A stretch of DNA of 64,000 nt from Nemertoderma westbladi (GCA_032718475.1 JAUCBJ010001095.1:1-64000), one strand, 5' to 3'. Shown: positions 1 to 12,290, counted from the stretch's first letter. Program-made: numbers and translations. The notes: generated by a model not told the origin, from the letters alone.

Positions 1-1138
1 TATAATAGGCCTATCGTGAATACCGGTATACAGCTTACACTTATAGTATATATAAGTATAATTATGAACTTGAATTAATTACAGAGTACCGGTATGATTT
101 CAGCTCAAATTTATAGGAATAAATATAATAAGCCTATGGTAAATACCGGTATGTCAATTATTTTAGAATAATTGAATTTCTGAATATTTAGGGTTACTTG
201 GTTACTCTAACTTACTTTGTTACCGTTATTTAAGCAGTAGTCCAACTGATTTTGAGACCTAGTTGTTGTATGGCAGGCCTACTATTTATAAATCGTTTGA
301 GTTGATTTATAATATATATATACCCGTTTAAAATGGGTTTGTCAATATTTGAAATAAATGTTATTATTTCTGGGAGAGTCACTACACAGAAGCTGTGCGC
401 TCTCAGTGGAGTGCTACTTAGGGGACACTAAAACAGATAATTCTAATTTACCTAAGTTACTTAATACTACAAATTACTTACGATACGGGTGAGATTAAAT
501 CTCTAGTTAAACACAACAAAAATATTACGTACGAATTTTTTAGGGTAATTTTACAGGAAGTCTACAAACCAGTCTAACAAAGGGTTAGAATTCTGGTTAT
601 TACAACGGACAGGGTACTACGGTATTTGAAAATAATAAGTAGTAGTAAATATACTGTACTGTCCAGATAGGAAAATACCACCGCCTGACGACCTATAACC
701 GTATCGCTATAGGTACTACGTTATGTATCACGGATTGTTCCTACCTAGAAGTTAATTACCGCGGACTACCAGATCCAGCGTGCCTATTAACCACTTTACA
801 ACACAAATATACTGCCTACACACTAATTACTTCGGAAAGCACTGTACACTAAACCCTAAATTAGGTACAAGTACTGGTATAACAAATAATCAGCAGTTAA
901 ATATACTTGAACAGTTAAAAGAACCACGGCATCTGCTGGAGTGACCGGAGCACAAAGTCACCAGTCTTTACCTACGCCAAACAGCCCGTGTAGTACCGGG
1001 GTTAATTTAACTATAACGGTATGTGTAACAAACACAATTACTGTAGGAATAAACTTGGGGACATGAATGTTGCGAATAATCGCATAAACTCTGAATAATA
1101 AATATTACGCTACCCGTACAGAATACTCAAACAAAATA

Positions 1139-1670
1139 CAAACCAAACGCTGGCAGACTACCACCAAGCCTAAATAAACTACTGTATGTGCAGATTCCAA
1201 AACGGTTAGTTAGTATGCGTTCTAACACGGTAGTACGACTTATTCTTTAAGAGGGGATTGACCTTACAGTTATGACTGCCCCAACTTACTAACTGGCACT
1301 TTATCAGACAAACTCTACACAAGCAGCAATCTCTTCAGACCTAATAATAGCTAGACAACAATCCAGCCTACAAAATATCTGAGTAATAACTATTACGGTA
1401 CCTGAACAGACCACACAAACAAACACAGGCCAAAACGCTGGCAGAATACTGTCAAGCCTAAATAAACTACAGTATGTGCAGATTCCAAAATTGTTAGTTA
1501 GTATGCGTTCTAACACGGTAGTACGACTTATTCTTTAAGAGGGGGTTGACCTTACACTCAAGTTGCCCCAACTTACTAACTGGCACTCTATCGGACAAAC
1601 TCCACACACGCCGTAATCTCTCCAAACCCAACAACAATCCAACAACAGTCTGGCCTACAGTTATCTGAAC
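1139..1670. repeat. Diverged direct duplication, period about 288 bp
   Basis: AAACGCTGGCAGA...GTATGTGCAGATTCCAAAA...TTAGTATGCGTTCTAACACGGTAGTACGACTTATTCTTTAAGAGGGG...CCCCAACTTACTAACTGGCAC starts at 1145 and again at 1433. Confidence 0.85.
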
Positions 1671-1840
1671 AATCTGAGCAGACTTACACGTCTTCAGCTC
1701 AATATTTACTTACTAGGAAATAAAACCGACAGAAATAAGTAAAATCTCAATAAAAACCAGGGCGGCCGTTCCCTATTAAATACTAAGACCTACCGGTATA
1801 CTATAATCAAAATCGAATAATACTAATGTACTTATACTGG

Positions 1841-1966
1841 AAGTACCGGTTAGGGCAGTTGGGCCTACGGACCTACAGAAGTGCCGGTTCTGGCAGTTGG
1901 ACCTACTGACCTACAGCAGTACCGGTTCTGGCAGTTGGGCCTACTGACCTACAGAAGTACCGGTTC
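1841..1966. repeat. 38-bp minisatellite, about 3.3 copies
   Basis: Unit AAGTACCGGTTCTGGCAGTTGGGCCTACTGACCTACAG repeated with few substitutions. Confidence 0.9.
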
Positions 1967-3574
1967 AGGTTTACCGGTCGATCGGTACTTTCAACTTTAT
2001 TGCTTACTGCAATAAAGTCAATGACTGTTATTGTACGCGCTTTTGAAGACCTTTAGCAGTTTAACCTGCCAAAATTTATATGTCTTTTGGTTTATAAATC
2101 GACTCTAGAAGATGACAATATTTAATACCAATAAACACAACATTAGCAGAAGCCAGCCTAGTGCGCGTCCATTCACCCGCTGGATAATCCCGGGAGACTG
2201 GATTCAGTCGGCTTAGATTATTATTGCAGTGAAGCTTACGGTATTGTATTATTCGATTGATCGTTAATAATTAATTTCTGACTAATATTATTCACTTTCG
2301 GGAAATATTAACAGTTCCTTTTAGGACGTGGCGCTCTATCTAAGTAAACAGAGATATGACTTATACTAATCACAACGGTAAGTCGGTAAGGCTTATGATT
2401 CACGTATGAGGCGCATTCTTTAGGAAATGCTTAGTTATCAGCCACAATCATGCACACTACCGGTAACACACAATACTGCTCACTAACTTGCCGACCGTCA
2501 ATGAATTTTATCATATATAAAGAAAATAGCAACGGACCAATGTAGTGCTTATCAAATAGCATTAAATTCAATACACACCACAATAATATAAGTCGCAATC
2601 GCTATATATAACCCGTCTTTCTAACCTGTAGTGTATCAAGAAAATTGGGAAATTTGGGTTCTTTATAAATGTTCTCCAGATAATATTCAATCAACTGATA
2701 TAAAATATGACAACAGTAAAAACATTAAGACGGTAGGTTAAGATATAATATGAACAGATATGTACAGTGATATGTTAAGAATTGTGCCGCCGATTTGATT
2801 TGCTAACAGTCATACGCTCTATAATCTTAAGCCTACTAATGTTTCTTTTTAGAGCCGTTGTTTCTGGCTTAGACAGCAATAACAACAAAGTATCAGTAAA
2901 AAACTGTAAGACTGAACAATCCCAGTATGATCGGCTCAAAGCTCCACATCGACAGAGAGAATCGCTCTGATTGGCTGAAGCCAAACAAAGAACCATGCGT
3001 CCAATGGCTGTTTCCATTTAAGCAACCAGCTGTTAGATGTCGTAATCTGAATCATCACGGCTAAGCTGTGTAAAAGTATTTGCCGTATTGCGGGTTTTTT
3101 GCCTTACCATGTCCGCTAAAACACGTATATAGAAGAATGACTTTTATGTCCGTTAAAAACACCTGTAACGGTACCTTGCGGGCAAGGGGAATATATATAC
3201 AGTTAGAGAACCCTTTTAGAGTATTCCAGCGCCTAGGGGGAAACTGGATTGCGAAGCAAAGGGGCCAGTTATATCCCACAGAAGCTTTTACAGATGGGTA
3301 TGTAAAACCAGCTTATTGTTATGGCTTTATCTCCATTTTTCTGATAATGTTGATTTTTCAAACAGTATTCATTATACATTATGCAGTATATTCATAATAC
3401 ATATTAATAATTACTATAGTTATATTTGATTAAAATAAGTAAATAATATCAAAGACATTGAAAGAAAATAGAAAATAAAGAATTTTGGGTATTGCAATAT
3501 TGCATACACGTAATTATAATATAACCTTAAGTTGTTGAACTATTATTTCTTAACTAAAATACCACAAACATGGG

Positions 3575-5740
3575 TTACGAATGTTTCGCTTCATAGTGGC
3601 TAAACTGCAATGTAAATGAACCACAACCTCGTGTCAATGATCTCAACCTACTAGCGTATCCGAGAGTTAAAGACAAAGACATCTCAGCCTCAATTACCAC
3701 TTCAGTTTCATCGATATACTCAACTTCAAGCACGTTTCCGTGGAGACAAGCGATATCGTCAATGACTTCCACTCTGTAAAGTTCTGGTACTCTGATGCGA
3801 ATAACCATTGTGGGTTCAATAAGAACAGGGTTGCCTTGGGAAACTGCGTTATGGGTTGCGTTAGACGCAGCTGCCGAAATCATCGCCATACTTGTAGACT
3901 TTAACACGGATATCGATTTAACACTTACAAGGATATCAACTACTGGATAACCATTAACAGGACCCTGCGTACAAGCTTCCATTATGCCCGATCTAACTGC
4001 CGCCGTTATATTAGCCGTCTGTTTACTTACATTATCGAGGGTTTCCATATTAATTACAGGAGGTTGTGCCTTTACCTCCGTAGAGGGATCGACACTTAAC
4101 TCAACTTTAACCTTGTGTTTCGTCTCCCCCAACGTTTTATCTAACTCATAATTAACCGTGGCTGTCTTTCTCACAGTTTCCTTATAAGCTACCTGAATTG
4201 GCCCAATATACACGTCCAACTTATAATCATTCAGTAGCTTATGCTTCACTATATCCATATGAAGTTCCCCCATTCCGGTAAGAATAATCTGGTTTGTCTC
4301 AGAATTAACTTTCACATTTAAACTTGGATCTTCCCTACATAGTTTACTCAGAACTTCCATAAGTCGTTTCTCTTTCGATAAAGAAGAAGCTTCTACATGG
4401 CAATAGAATACAGGTTGCGGTAGAACTACGGCGCCAAGGTTGTCCGCTCTAGAACCCAGGTTACATAAAGTATCCCCTGTTCTCGATCTATCCAATCCAG
4501 TCACCGCTATAATACTCCCAGGACCAGCAGTTTCAATTTCCGTACGCTGATTGGCTGACATCCGATACAATTTATAGACCGTCTCCGTTGCAGACTGAGT
4601 CACATTGCGAACCATAAGAGAGGTTGAAATAGTCCCGGAATAAATGCGAACAAAAACAAGAGGTCCAATAGCATCATCGTGGATTATCTTAAATACAAAA
4701 GCTAATAAATCTTTGTTTCTTGATGATTTTAGGTTCTTAATATTTTCCTGAGGCGGTGGCAAATACAAGTTGATAGCGTTCAATAGGGGTTGTATTGCTT
4801 TATTTCTACGCGCCGAGCCGCAGAGAACAGGCGCAACAGATCCGCTACGCGTAGCGATACTCACCGCCTCATTGAGGCGATCCATCGAAAAAATATTCAC
4901 ATCGGTTCTGTAATCGTCGCCGGAAATAATTGCGTCTCCTATTCCGTTGTCGAAGTCCGCTAACACTTCCACTAGCTTTAGACGAGCATCCAAGGTATAG
5001 TTAAAGTTTTCGTGACCTGGTAAAACCGCTTCGCAAACATATTTCGTTCCATCTGTGTCTTTTCTTTCATCCCAAATATATTTTTTCATGGCTACGACAT
5101 CTATAATCCCTTTAAATTCGGCACCTTGGCCAACAGGAAGTTGAATTACTAAAGGAATTTGTGAGAAATTAGACTTCAACGATTCCACAGCTCTATTAAA
5201 GTCGGCGTTATGTTTATCCATTTTGTTTACAAAGACGATCCGAGGTATTCCATATCTGTCAGCTTGTTTGCTGACGGTCACTGTTTGTGCTTCTACGCCG
5301 CGGGAGGCGTCTACCACGGTCACGGCGCCGTCTAGAACGCGGAGACACCGCTCCACCTCCATGGTAAAGTCTATGTGGCCGGGTGTGTCTACAAGGTTGA
5401 TAGAATGGCCGTCCCATCCGAAGGTGACCACCGCTGAGGTTATCGTTATTCCTCGCTCTCTCTCTTCGGCTAGATAGTCCGTAACGGTGTCCCCGTCGTC
5501 GACGTTGCCTAGGTGATTCGACAACCCGGAGTAATACAACATCCTCTCAGTAGTCGTTGTTTTTCCTGCGTCGATATGCGCTATAATTCCGATATTTCGT
5601 GTCCGTGACAATGATTGACATTGTTGAGTGGTTGTTCCTTTACTTCTGGAAGCTATTTGGTGTAACGGGAGGAGAAGCCGGGGTGATAGGTTAATCTGTT
5701 GGACAAAAAGACAATTACTAACACGAATGGTAGACAGCAT
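3575..5740 (-). CDS. GFM2: Mitochondrial ribosome-releasing factor 2 (EF-G2mt), single coding exon
   Basis: 721-aa ORF with translational GTPase motifs AHIDAGKTT, ERERGITI, DTPGH and NKMD. NIGIIAHIDAGKTTTTERMLYYSG and DDGDTVTD match GFM2 rather than GFM1. Basic/hydroxylated N-terminal presequence with no acidic residues; EF-G domains III-V follow. Confidence 0.93.
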   Translation of the reverse strand: MLSTIRVSNCLFVQQINLSPRLLLPLHQIASRSKGTTTQQCQSLSRTRNIGIIAHIDAGKTTTTERMLYYSGLSNHLGNVDDGDTVTDYLAEERERGITITSAVVTFGWDGHSINLVDTPGHIDFTMEVERCLRVLDGAVTVVDASRGVEAQTVTVSKQADRYGIPRIVFVNKMDKHNADFNRAVESLKSNFSQIPLVIQLPVGQGAEFKGIIDVVAMKKYIWDERKDTDGTKYVCEAVLPGHENFNYTLDARLKLVEVLADFDNGIGDAIISGDDYRTDVNIFSMDRLNEAVSIATRSGSVAPVLCGSARRNKAIQPLLNAINLYLPPPQENIKNLKSSRNKDLLAFVFKIIHDDAIGPLVFVRIYSGTISTSLMVRNVTQSATETVYKLYRMSANQRTEIETAGPGSIIAVTGLDRSRTGDTLCNLGSRADNLGAVVLPQPVFYCHVEASSLSKEKRLMEVLSKLCREDPSLNVKVNSETNQIILTGMGELHMDIVKHKLLNDYKLDVYIGPIQVAYKETVRKTATVNYELDKTLGETKHKVKVELSVDPSTEVKAQPPVINMETLDNVSKQTANITAAVRSGIMEACTQGPVNGYPVVDILVSVKSISVLKSTSMAMISAAASNATHNAVSQGNPVLIEPTMVIRIRVPELYRVEVIDDIACLHGNVLEVEYIDETEVVIEAEMSLSLTLGYASRLRSLTRGCGSFTLQFSHYEAKHS

Positions 5741-6309
5741 TGCAATTGGCCTGTACCCAGAGCTGATCCCTCGTGGTTTGTAGCGAGTGAACTCTAGCTA
5801 GGCGTAATGAACACAAACGTAGTGGTAGGTCCTGGTGCAGCGGAATGCTGCCAAAGTCAACTGGTATTCGATAAAAAAAGAATGCAGAAAACCTACTGTG
5901 GTGATTTCGGGACATTTACTTAATTTTTAGTAAATTTTGCATATTATTCTATATTCCTATTCTATTGAATGAAGTATGTATTAATAACAAATCCAACTAA
6001 ACTTGTCACACTTAACATTATTTATGAAAATCACATGAAATTAAACTTAAATTTAGGCAATAATTATCTTATGACGATGATTTATGACCATAAATTATGA
6101 CGTCCTTCTGAAAAAAAAAAATTAATTATTTGGCAAAGATCAGCCACCGTACCCTTCAGTGTATTCTTACCCCCATGATATTTTATTTCAATATAATTTA
6201 AATTCAATAACCTACAGACAACAGATGAGACCACAGATACCTCTAGTCTGCTATTACCAGACAAACACATGGTGGAGATTTATATATAGTAAAGTACTGT
6301 AAGATACAA

Positions 6310-6660
6310 ATAAAATACACCAGGAGTGAGAATACACGAGAGAAATTTAACCGGTGATGGATTTGCCAGATAGATAGGGGAAAGCTGAACGCTATAAAAA
6401 TTCATCCCTCTCCATGGAAAATTGGACGCAAATAACGTTGAATACTCTCAAAAATAAAACTGTAACCTGTTCTATTGTGTTTAGTTTATTGTTTTGGTTA
6501 AATAAAACGTGCCACTGTAACGCTCCTTTCCCTAAAATTGAGAATGAAAATTGATAAATGCAGGGGTGAGTTTTCACTGGAAGGGGTTAAAATACACGAG
6601 GCAAAATTACACCCCAGGAGTGAGAATACACTAGGGAATTTTAACCGGGGGATGATCTTT
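6310..6660. repeat. Interspersed repeat fragments
   Basis: CAGGAGTGAGAATACAC...AATTTAACCGG occurs at 6321 and 6615. The segment between them (AAATAAAACTGTAACCTGTTCTATTGTGTT...CCCTAAAATTGAGAAT) recurs near 30580-30700 and, inverted and partial, near 37470-37520. Confidence 0.65.
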
Positions 6661-7480
6661 ACTAGAGTATTGTACTCAAGTATGGTCGCCGTTCACGATG
6701 GGTAGTATCGATCTCATTGAAGGTGTGCAACGTTATTATACGAGACGTCTTTATCTTCGGTGCAATCTAGGTAGGACTAGTTATTTCGAACGATTGAAGC
6801 ATTTTAAGCTGCAACCATTAGAAATTCGCCGTATAATTTATGATCAAAAAATGGTTTTTTATATTTTACACGGTCTGATAGATTTAGCCTTTGTTGATTT
6901 TTTCTCTTATCCAGTGCGTAGAGGATTGAGAGGACACAACCACAAGCTATTGGTTAACTACAGTAGACTGCAAATTTCGAAATTTTCGTATGCCAATCGC
7001 GCGATTCCAATATGGAATGCATTAGACGCAACAGTAGTAGATTCAGAGAGCTAACTCTCTTTTTCACGTAAATTACTCGATGTTGATTTGCTGCATTTTT
7101 GCAAATTTGATAGATGGCGTGATCCTTTTTAACTATTTTTTAATTAATTATTTTTTACTTATTTTTAACTCAGATTCGTCACTGTAATTCATTGGTTTTT
7201 ACTACCGGTACGGTTTCTGCTTCACTACTGTTTCATTAGTTTTTATTCGCTTTAATATTTAGTAAATAGATATAATCAATGTTCCTTGCTTTATTTATAG
7301 TGTATTTGCTTTCTTTAATTATTGTTCATACCGTATTTTATATTAATAAGTTTCATCATCCTGGATTTTTAGTGTATGGCCCCCATAAGTGCAGTTAAAG
7401 TCTGGGTGGTCTTCTCCCCTTTTATAATTACTTATAATTTAGTGCATGCATAATTTATTATGTTTATCGCATGAATGTTT
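6661..7480 (+). mobile_element. 5'-truncated CR1-group LINE fragment (ORF2 C-terminus plus AT-rich 3' UTR)
   Basis: Translation LEYCTQVWSP..IEGVQRYYTR..LQPLEIRR..LRGHNHKL..FSYANRAIPIWNAL is typical of the CR1 ORF2 C-terminus. In-frame stop at 7052. The 3' boundary is approximate. Confidence 0.85.
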
Positions 7481-8022
7481 ATTTTACCATGGTCCATTGA
7501 CCATGGTCCATGACCATTTACCATGGTGTTGATAATAATAATAATAAAATCCATCCATATTAAAATTAGGTAAATGTGTCGGATTAAAAATAGGTAAAAG
7601 ATTAAGTATAGGTAAATCCCCTTTCACGCTTGCATATAAGTAAGCAAATGTAGAGTCAACTACACAAGTACACAATCTGACAATTACGCCATATCATTTT
7701 GTCAACTCACTGGTAATGTAATAACTATTTACATACTTTGTGTGTAAAAGTAGCACTTTACAGTGTGATGATCCGAGTGGCTTTGTTACATATATGATTG
7801 TACATATACATTAAGTGATAGAAACAGCACAAATTCTATTAGTTGCTGTATAAATAATTGTAAAAATGACATAAATTATGTTATAAATAAGTTAGCTTAT
7901 ATTTATCGCGGCGTTTGGATCCATGTTATAATAATATAGCTAGGCCGTACTGGTTATTAATAGCTATACCCCACCTACCGGTAGGTAATGCAGTAGGCCT
8001 ATCTGGCTGTCAGGCAAATACG

Positions 8023-8096
8023 TGGTAACCATGACGGCGTTAAGTAATGTCCACTAGGTGCTAGGGGGACATTACTTAACGCCGTCATGGTTACCA
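8023..8096. repeat. Perfect 30-bp inverted repeat (hairpin) with 14-nt spacer
   Basis: TGGTAACCATGACGGCGTTAAGTAATGTCC (8023-8052) and its exact reverse complement (8067-8096). Confidence 0.92.
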
Positions 8097-8549
8097 TGTA
8101 AACAATAACACCAAATACAATACAAAATGTACAGGCCAATACAATGGTGTAATGTCCTGTAAAGTTTTAAAGTGCTAAATAACAACTCGCTGTTAACGGC
8201 GTTCAGTAATGTTAAAATTTTGGAATAAAATATTTAAATATATACTGTAAGTATAAGTTATTCCGATTCAGAGCATCAAAATATCGGAATTTTGTTTGTT
8301 CTGCATGTCAACTCGTTTATAACTACCATAGTCTTTAGGCCTACCTCAACTTGCTGACTTGGTATAACTAAAACTTTCAACTTTGGTCCGGTGTTTAGTG
8401 CGCATCTGTGCATGCTGTGCATTGCAAGTAGGCCTACTGTACCTATTCACTATTGACTGACTGAACTGATAGTAAACTAAGTTTTAGGTTCTACAGTAGC
8501 CTTGTAATGTAACTGTATGTATACTGTAGGTATACTGTCTGACTGTAGG

Positions 8550-8690
8550 GATGTACCGGAATTCCGGCTGTTTTGGACTGATTCCGGTTCCGGCCGGAAT
8601 GACTGACGAACCAGATGCGCGTTGCGCGTTTGGGTGAGACAGATGCGCGTTGCGCCTCAGCGCGCAGCTCTGCACTCTGATGCGCACCAC
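8550..8690. promoter_or_regulatory. Candidate CpG-rich promoter patch between divergent GFM2 and MRPS9
   Basis: Local GC/CpG-rich stretch with CCGGAA (ETS-like) sites and a duplicated CAGATGCGCGTTGCGC. Function is inferred only. Confidence 0.3.
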
Positions 8691-9273
8691 AAATTAATTG
8701 AAATCACGAAAATACACAAAAAAATTTCGCTCGCTTCACTCGCGTTTGTTTCTTATTATCATTTCCAATTCTTCAAGCAGCCAAATCATTTCACCATAAT
8801 TCCGGAGCTGAAGATTTGTTAATTTATTTTAACTACTATAGTTATTACTGTATTATGTTTACGGTACGTTAGTAAACAGGTAAAGTTAGAAAGTAACAAA
8901 TTATTAAGTATGCAGCTAAGCTGTAAGCAGCTACAGACTTAACGGTGTAACTGACTAACTCTACTGTGGTGACTCTATCTTGTGATACCCTACTTTTTCT
9001 GGTTTTGATGAGGTATGGTTAGTGGTTACTTAAATATTACCGCTTTTCATAAGCCTACGGTCTGACGGTAGCGGTACGGTGCGGTATTGATTGAATGAGT
9101 TGAGTAGCCTATACACTATCTGACTACTGGACTATACTTATACAGCTATACCTGTAAAGCGGTGTACAGTGTACAGTGTACTACAATACAGCAATATCAT
9201 AATACAAATACAGATATAGGGCCTATCTAGCAGTCTAGCCACTAGCCTATGCAGCTGTGGTTTAAAGTTGAAT

Positions 9274-10494
9274 ATGATTGTATCCAGCTCAACTAAATTA
9301 ATACGCTTCTCTCTCCTTACTGGGGGTAATCCACTCCGCAGTATTACATCTAGTTGTATTCTAAAGGCGGCTCAAATAAACAAGAAAGAATCACAACACA
9401 TTAAGTCATCGGCTTACAGAATGGGCCGATACGCACCAGTCGATCACCAGGACTACCGCAAGGTTCTACCAGGACACGTGTTCGAATACTGGCGTTCAGA
9501 TACTCAACACAGGGACGAGTTGATGCGAGACTACGAGACGGGAAAGCGAATGTTAGCCAACATAATGGGCCAGTCGCCAGAAGAAATGGATGAGAAATCG
9601 GTGTCGCGAGCATTAAACTATCTCCTACCCTCGATGCTGTTCGATAAATCTGCACGCCCCGTTATGGAACATCCCGATAAGATATTCCCACCGATCGCAG
9701 CCCTCTCGAACATCGCAGAGACCCAAACCAGACCTTCCGACCCATTCTTCTATAACAACCCGAAAGGTCTTGGCCTCGGCTCCATTCATCACAAAGCCGT
9801 TAAAGAACTCCTTATACTCGATTCGATTGCGTTTTACGCGCGCGACGCCCCACAGCGGCGGATGCAGGTCGACTGGACGCGATTCCGGTTGAAAAACCAG
9901 GAAGAGTTAAAGAACGATGGACTCATTGGGATCGAAAGGAGCGATTACTTGCGGTTTATTGCGGCTCTCATGAAGATAATCAATCACCCGTTCGGTTTAA
10001 CGTCCGCGGAGTTCTTAGACGAATACTTTGTGAGCGTGGAGAGTCGTGGTAAGTACCAGCGGTGTCCGTTGTGTGTAGATCGAGACGGTAGGTTCTACAC
10101 TATAGTGAAGGGGAGACGGAAGAATCAGTCAGCCGAAGTCAGACTGCTCGATAACGGAACGGGGAAGTTCACCGTGAACGGGATGTCCTTCGGCGATTAC
10201 TTTACGGTAGCGGAGGACAGACAGCAGCTCGTCGTCCCATTCACTGTTATAGGCAGACTAGGGGACTTCGATGTGAATGCTGTGTGTCTGGGGGACGGGG
10301 ACGGGTTTGGGACGCAGTCCAAGGCCGGGGCGATAAGGTACGGGATCGCTAGGGGGCTCACTGCCTTCGTTAGTGACGGGGATATAACCAAACTACAGAT
10401 CGCGGGGTTGCTCACGGCCGATTCCAGGTTCAAGGAGCGGTTAATATACGGGACCTACGGGGCGAGACGACCAAAACCATGGCGACCGCGGTAA
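9274..10494 (+). CDS. MRPS9: Mitochondrial small-subunit ribosomal protein uS9m, single coding exon
   Basis: GKRMLANIMG, YLLPSMLFDKSARPVMEHP and an S9 domain (GRRK, GTGKFTVNG, AGAIRYGIA, AGLLTADSRFKER, GARR..W..R). First ATG is at 9274; the ORF track starts at a TTG. Confidence 0.93.
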   Translation: MIVSSSTKLIRFSLLTGGNPLRSITSSCILKAAQINKKESQHIKSSAYRMGRYAPVDHQDYRKVLPGHVFEYWRSDTQHRDELMRDYETGKRMLANIMGQSPEEMDEKSVSRALNYLLPSMLFDKSARPVMEHPDKIFPPIAALSNIAETQTRPSDPFFYNNPKGLGLGSIHHKAVKELLILDSIAFYARDAPQRRMQVDWTRFRLKNQEELKNDGLIGIERSDYLRFIAALMKIINHPFGLTSAEFLDEYFVSVESRGKYQRCPLCVDRDGRFYTIVKGRRKNQSAEVRLLDNGTGKFTVNGMSFGDYFTVAEDRQQLVVPFTVIGRLGDFDVNAVCLGDGDGFGTQSKAGAIRYGIARGLTAFVSDGDITKLQIAGLLTADSRFKERLIYGTYGARRPKPWRPR

Positions 10495-11099
10495 ACAACG
10501 GGAGAACCGAAATCGAAACCGAAATGTGTACTATTGTTAGTAATAAATAGCCCGTTACCATACCAACAACTGTAAACAAATATGACCAGTCGAAAACCAC
10601 ATGGCGACTGCTGTAAACGAATTGGAGTTAATTAAGTACAGACCCGTAATTCAGTGGAATCTCTATCTGAACCCAGGCCAGGACAACCACTGAAATAATA
10701 CTATGCTACGACTACGACCGTACCCAGTACCAAATCATGGTGGCTGTTGTAAGTAATTGGAGAATAGGTAACCAGGCGACACTGCAAACAGTCAGATCGT
10801 CAACGATGGAACGTGTAAATATAAATTATTTATAAATAATTGTTTCTCTTCAAATATTACAATAATTATGCATTTACAATAGATTGATATGCTACTTTTT
10901 ATTTCCTCTTAGGTGGTGCTGATTTATATTCTCAAAAACTCTAAAATTGAATTAAGGGGTATTAACAAGTATATCGATTATTTAGTATCCCGAGGTAAAC
11001 AAGTGCAGATCCCAAGTAGATTTCTTAGTTGTATTGGTTTATTTTTCCGAATCGAGATCTAAGCAGCAGATAGTTAATTGTTCTTAACACAGCGAGTTG

Positions 11100-11335
11100 A
11101 TGATAACTGACCAAGCCTCTGGGTGGGTATGTGGTTGGTCTAAGGCCAAAGCACAATATTATACACAGGCTGGTTCTCACGGCGAAAGCAATGTCCTGCA
11201 AAGCGGAGGTGGCCTTGTTCAAGTGTCAATCTCGGGGGAAACAATGAGACACATCCAATATTATATTTAATAGTGTCTGACTGGAGATGTATGCATTAGT
11301 GTATTGTACTTGACACAGTGAAACCGGCTGCCACA
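11100..11335 (-). mobile_element. Degenerate RTE-clade LINE fragment
   Basis: Minus-strand reading LRFAGHCFRRENQPVYNIVLW; homologous to 31290-31450 and 34270-34506. Confidence 0.7.
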
Positions 11336-11424
11336 TAAAAATGTTTATCATTATTCAATAAAATGCAACAAGTGTTGCTCTTGCTATTATTTATAATATA
11401 GACATCCATGTATATAATATATCT

Positions 11425-11900
11425 GTGGGGCGAGCGACGAAAGAAAGCGAGCATAGCATACAGGTACCACTAACTCAATCGGTGTGTCTGTTGTTCTGTT
11501 GTGTTCAATTTTAAACGTTAATACCTCAGCCAAGTATCGATGAAATATATCCAAACTTGGTACACATGTAGTCTAGCAAAAGTTTAGAAATTTTCCATGT
11601 TGAATTTCCGTGTGACATTCGAGAAGCTAAGATAATAGCAGTTAATTAATTAAATTGGTTGGGGTAAAAACAGCATTTTCAAGCCTGTCTTGTAATGGAA
11701 ATTAATTATTTTAGAGTATAAGATATAAATAATTATACTTAAAAAAGTTATACAGCTGTAATCCACATACCCCATTCCAATATAGTTTTTAATTAGTTCA
11801 AGTGATTTTTTTTAAGAAATGTGGTTTTAATTGATCTAAACGTAATTAAGTATCAAAATGCCCTCGCCACTCTACCACCCTCATTCCTTGGCATACTAAC
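11425..11900 (+). mobile_element. Possible degenerate Helentron-associated (DINE/HINE-like) non-autonomous element
   Basis: GC-rich GGGGCGAG start with a partial complement CTCGCCAC near 11862, a GTGTGTCTGTT microsatellite-like stretch, and an AAACTTGGTACACATG core motif. Confidence 0.35.
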
Positions 11901-12029
11901 TAGCTAGCTATTGCCTACTACTTGGCAATGGGTAATTACATCTATATAGGACATAAAGGCAGGCACTACAACTAGTGTAACTAATAAGCCAGCTTGCTTT
12001 ATCCTGCCTTTCATTTATCCTCTGTGCCC

Positions 12030-12290
12030 CTTAGGGTTGAGGTGGTGCAGATTAAGAGGGCGGTTGAAGCGAGGGGGGGACTTTCCTCCCTTCTTTGATT
12101 TATTATTATTGGCGGTTTGGTTAAATTTCTTAATTATTTATTAAAATTTCTTAAGTACCGATTTTGGGATAGAATTGCTCAATGTTAATCTGTATCTGAT
12201 AACTGAGCCTCGTCCTGCGCGAAGGCCCCAGAAACGTGTAGCACTGTAGGTAGTTGTAAAAGCAAAACCCTTACCTATACTTTATTATTC
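12030..12290 (+). mobile_element. Possible decayed Penelope-like element 3' end with degenerate hammerhead
   Basis: LKRGGDFPPFFDLLL resembles the GIY-YIG C-terminal tail. It is followed by CTGATAA-[stem]-GAAA-CGTGT-A at 12196-12240. Confidence 0.3.

Noticed and set aside
680-720. CTGACGA followed by hairpin CCTATA/TATAGG (hammerhead-like)
   Set aside because: No GAAA after the stem, so the core is incomplete.
3575-5740. Bacterial fusA or horizontal transfer explanation for the intronless EF-G
   Set aside because: The N-terminal presequence and GFM2-specific motifs, plus neighbouring intronless eukaryotic genes, indicate a nuclear-encoded mitochondrial gene.
5718-5915. 65-aa upstream ORF overlapping the GFM2 start
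   Set aside because: No recognisable similarity and unknown whether it is transcribed; length is compatible with chance.
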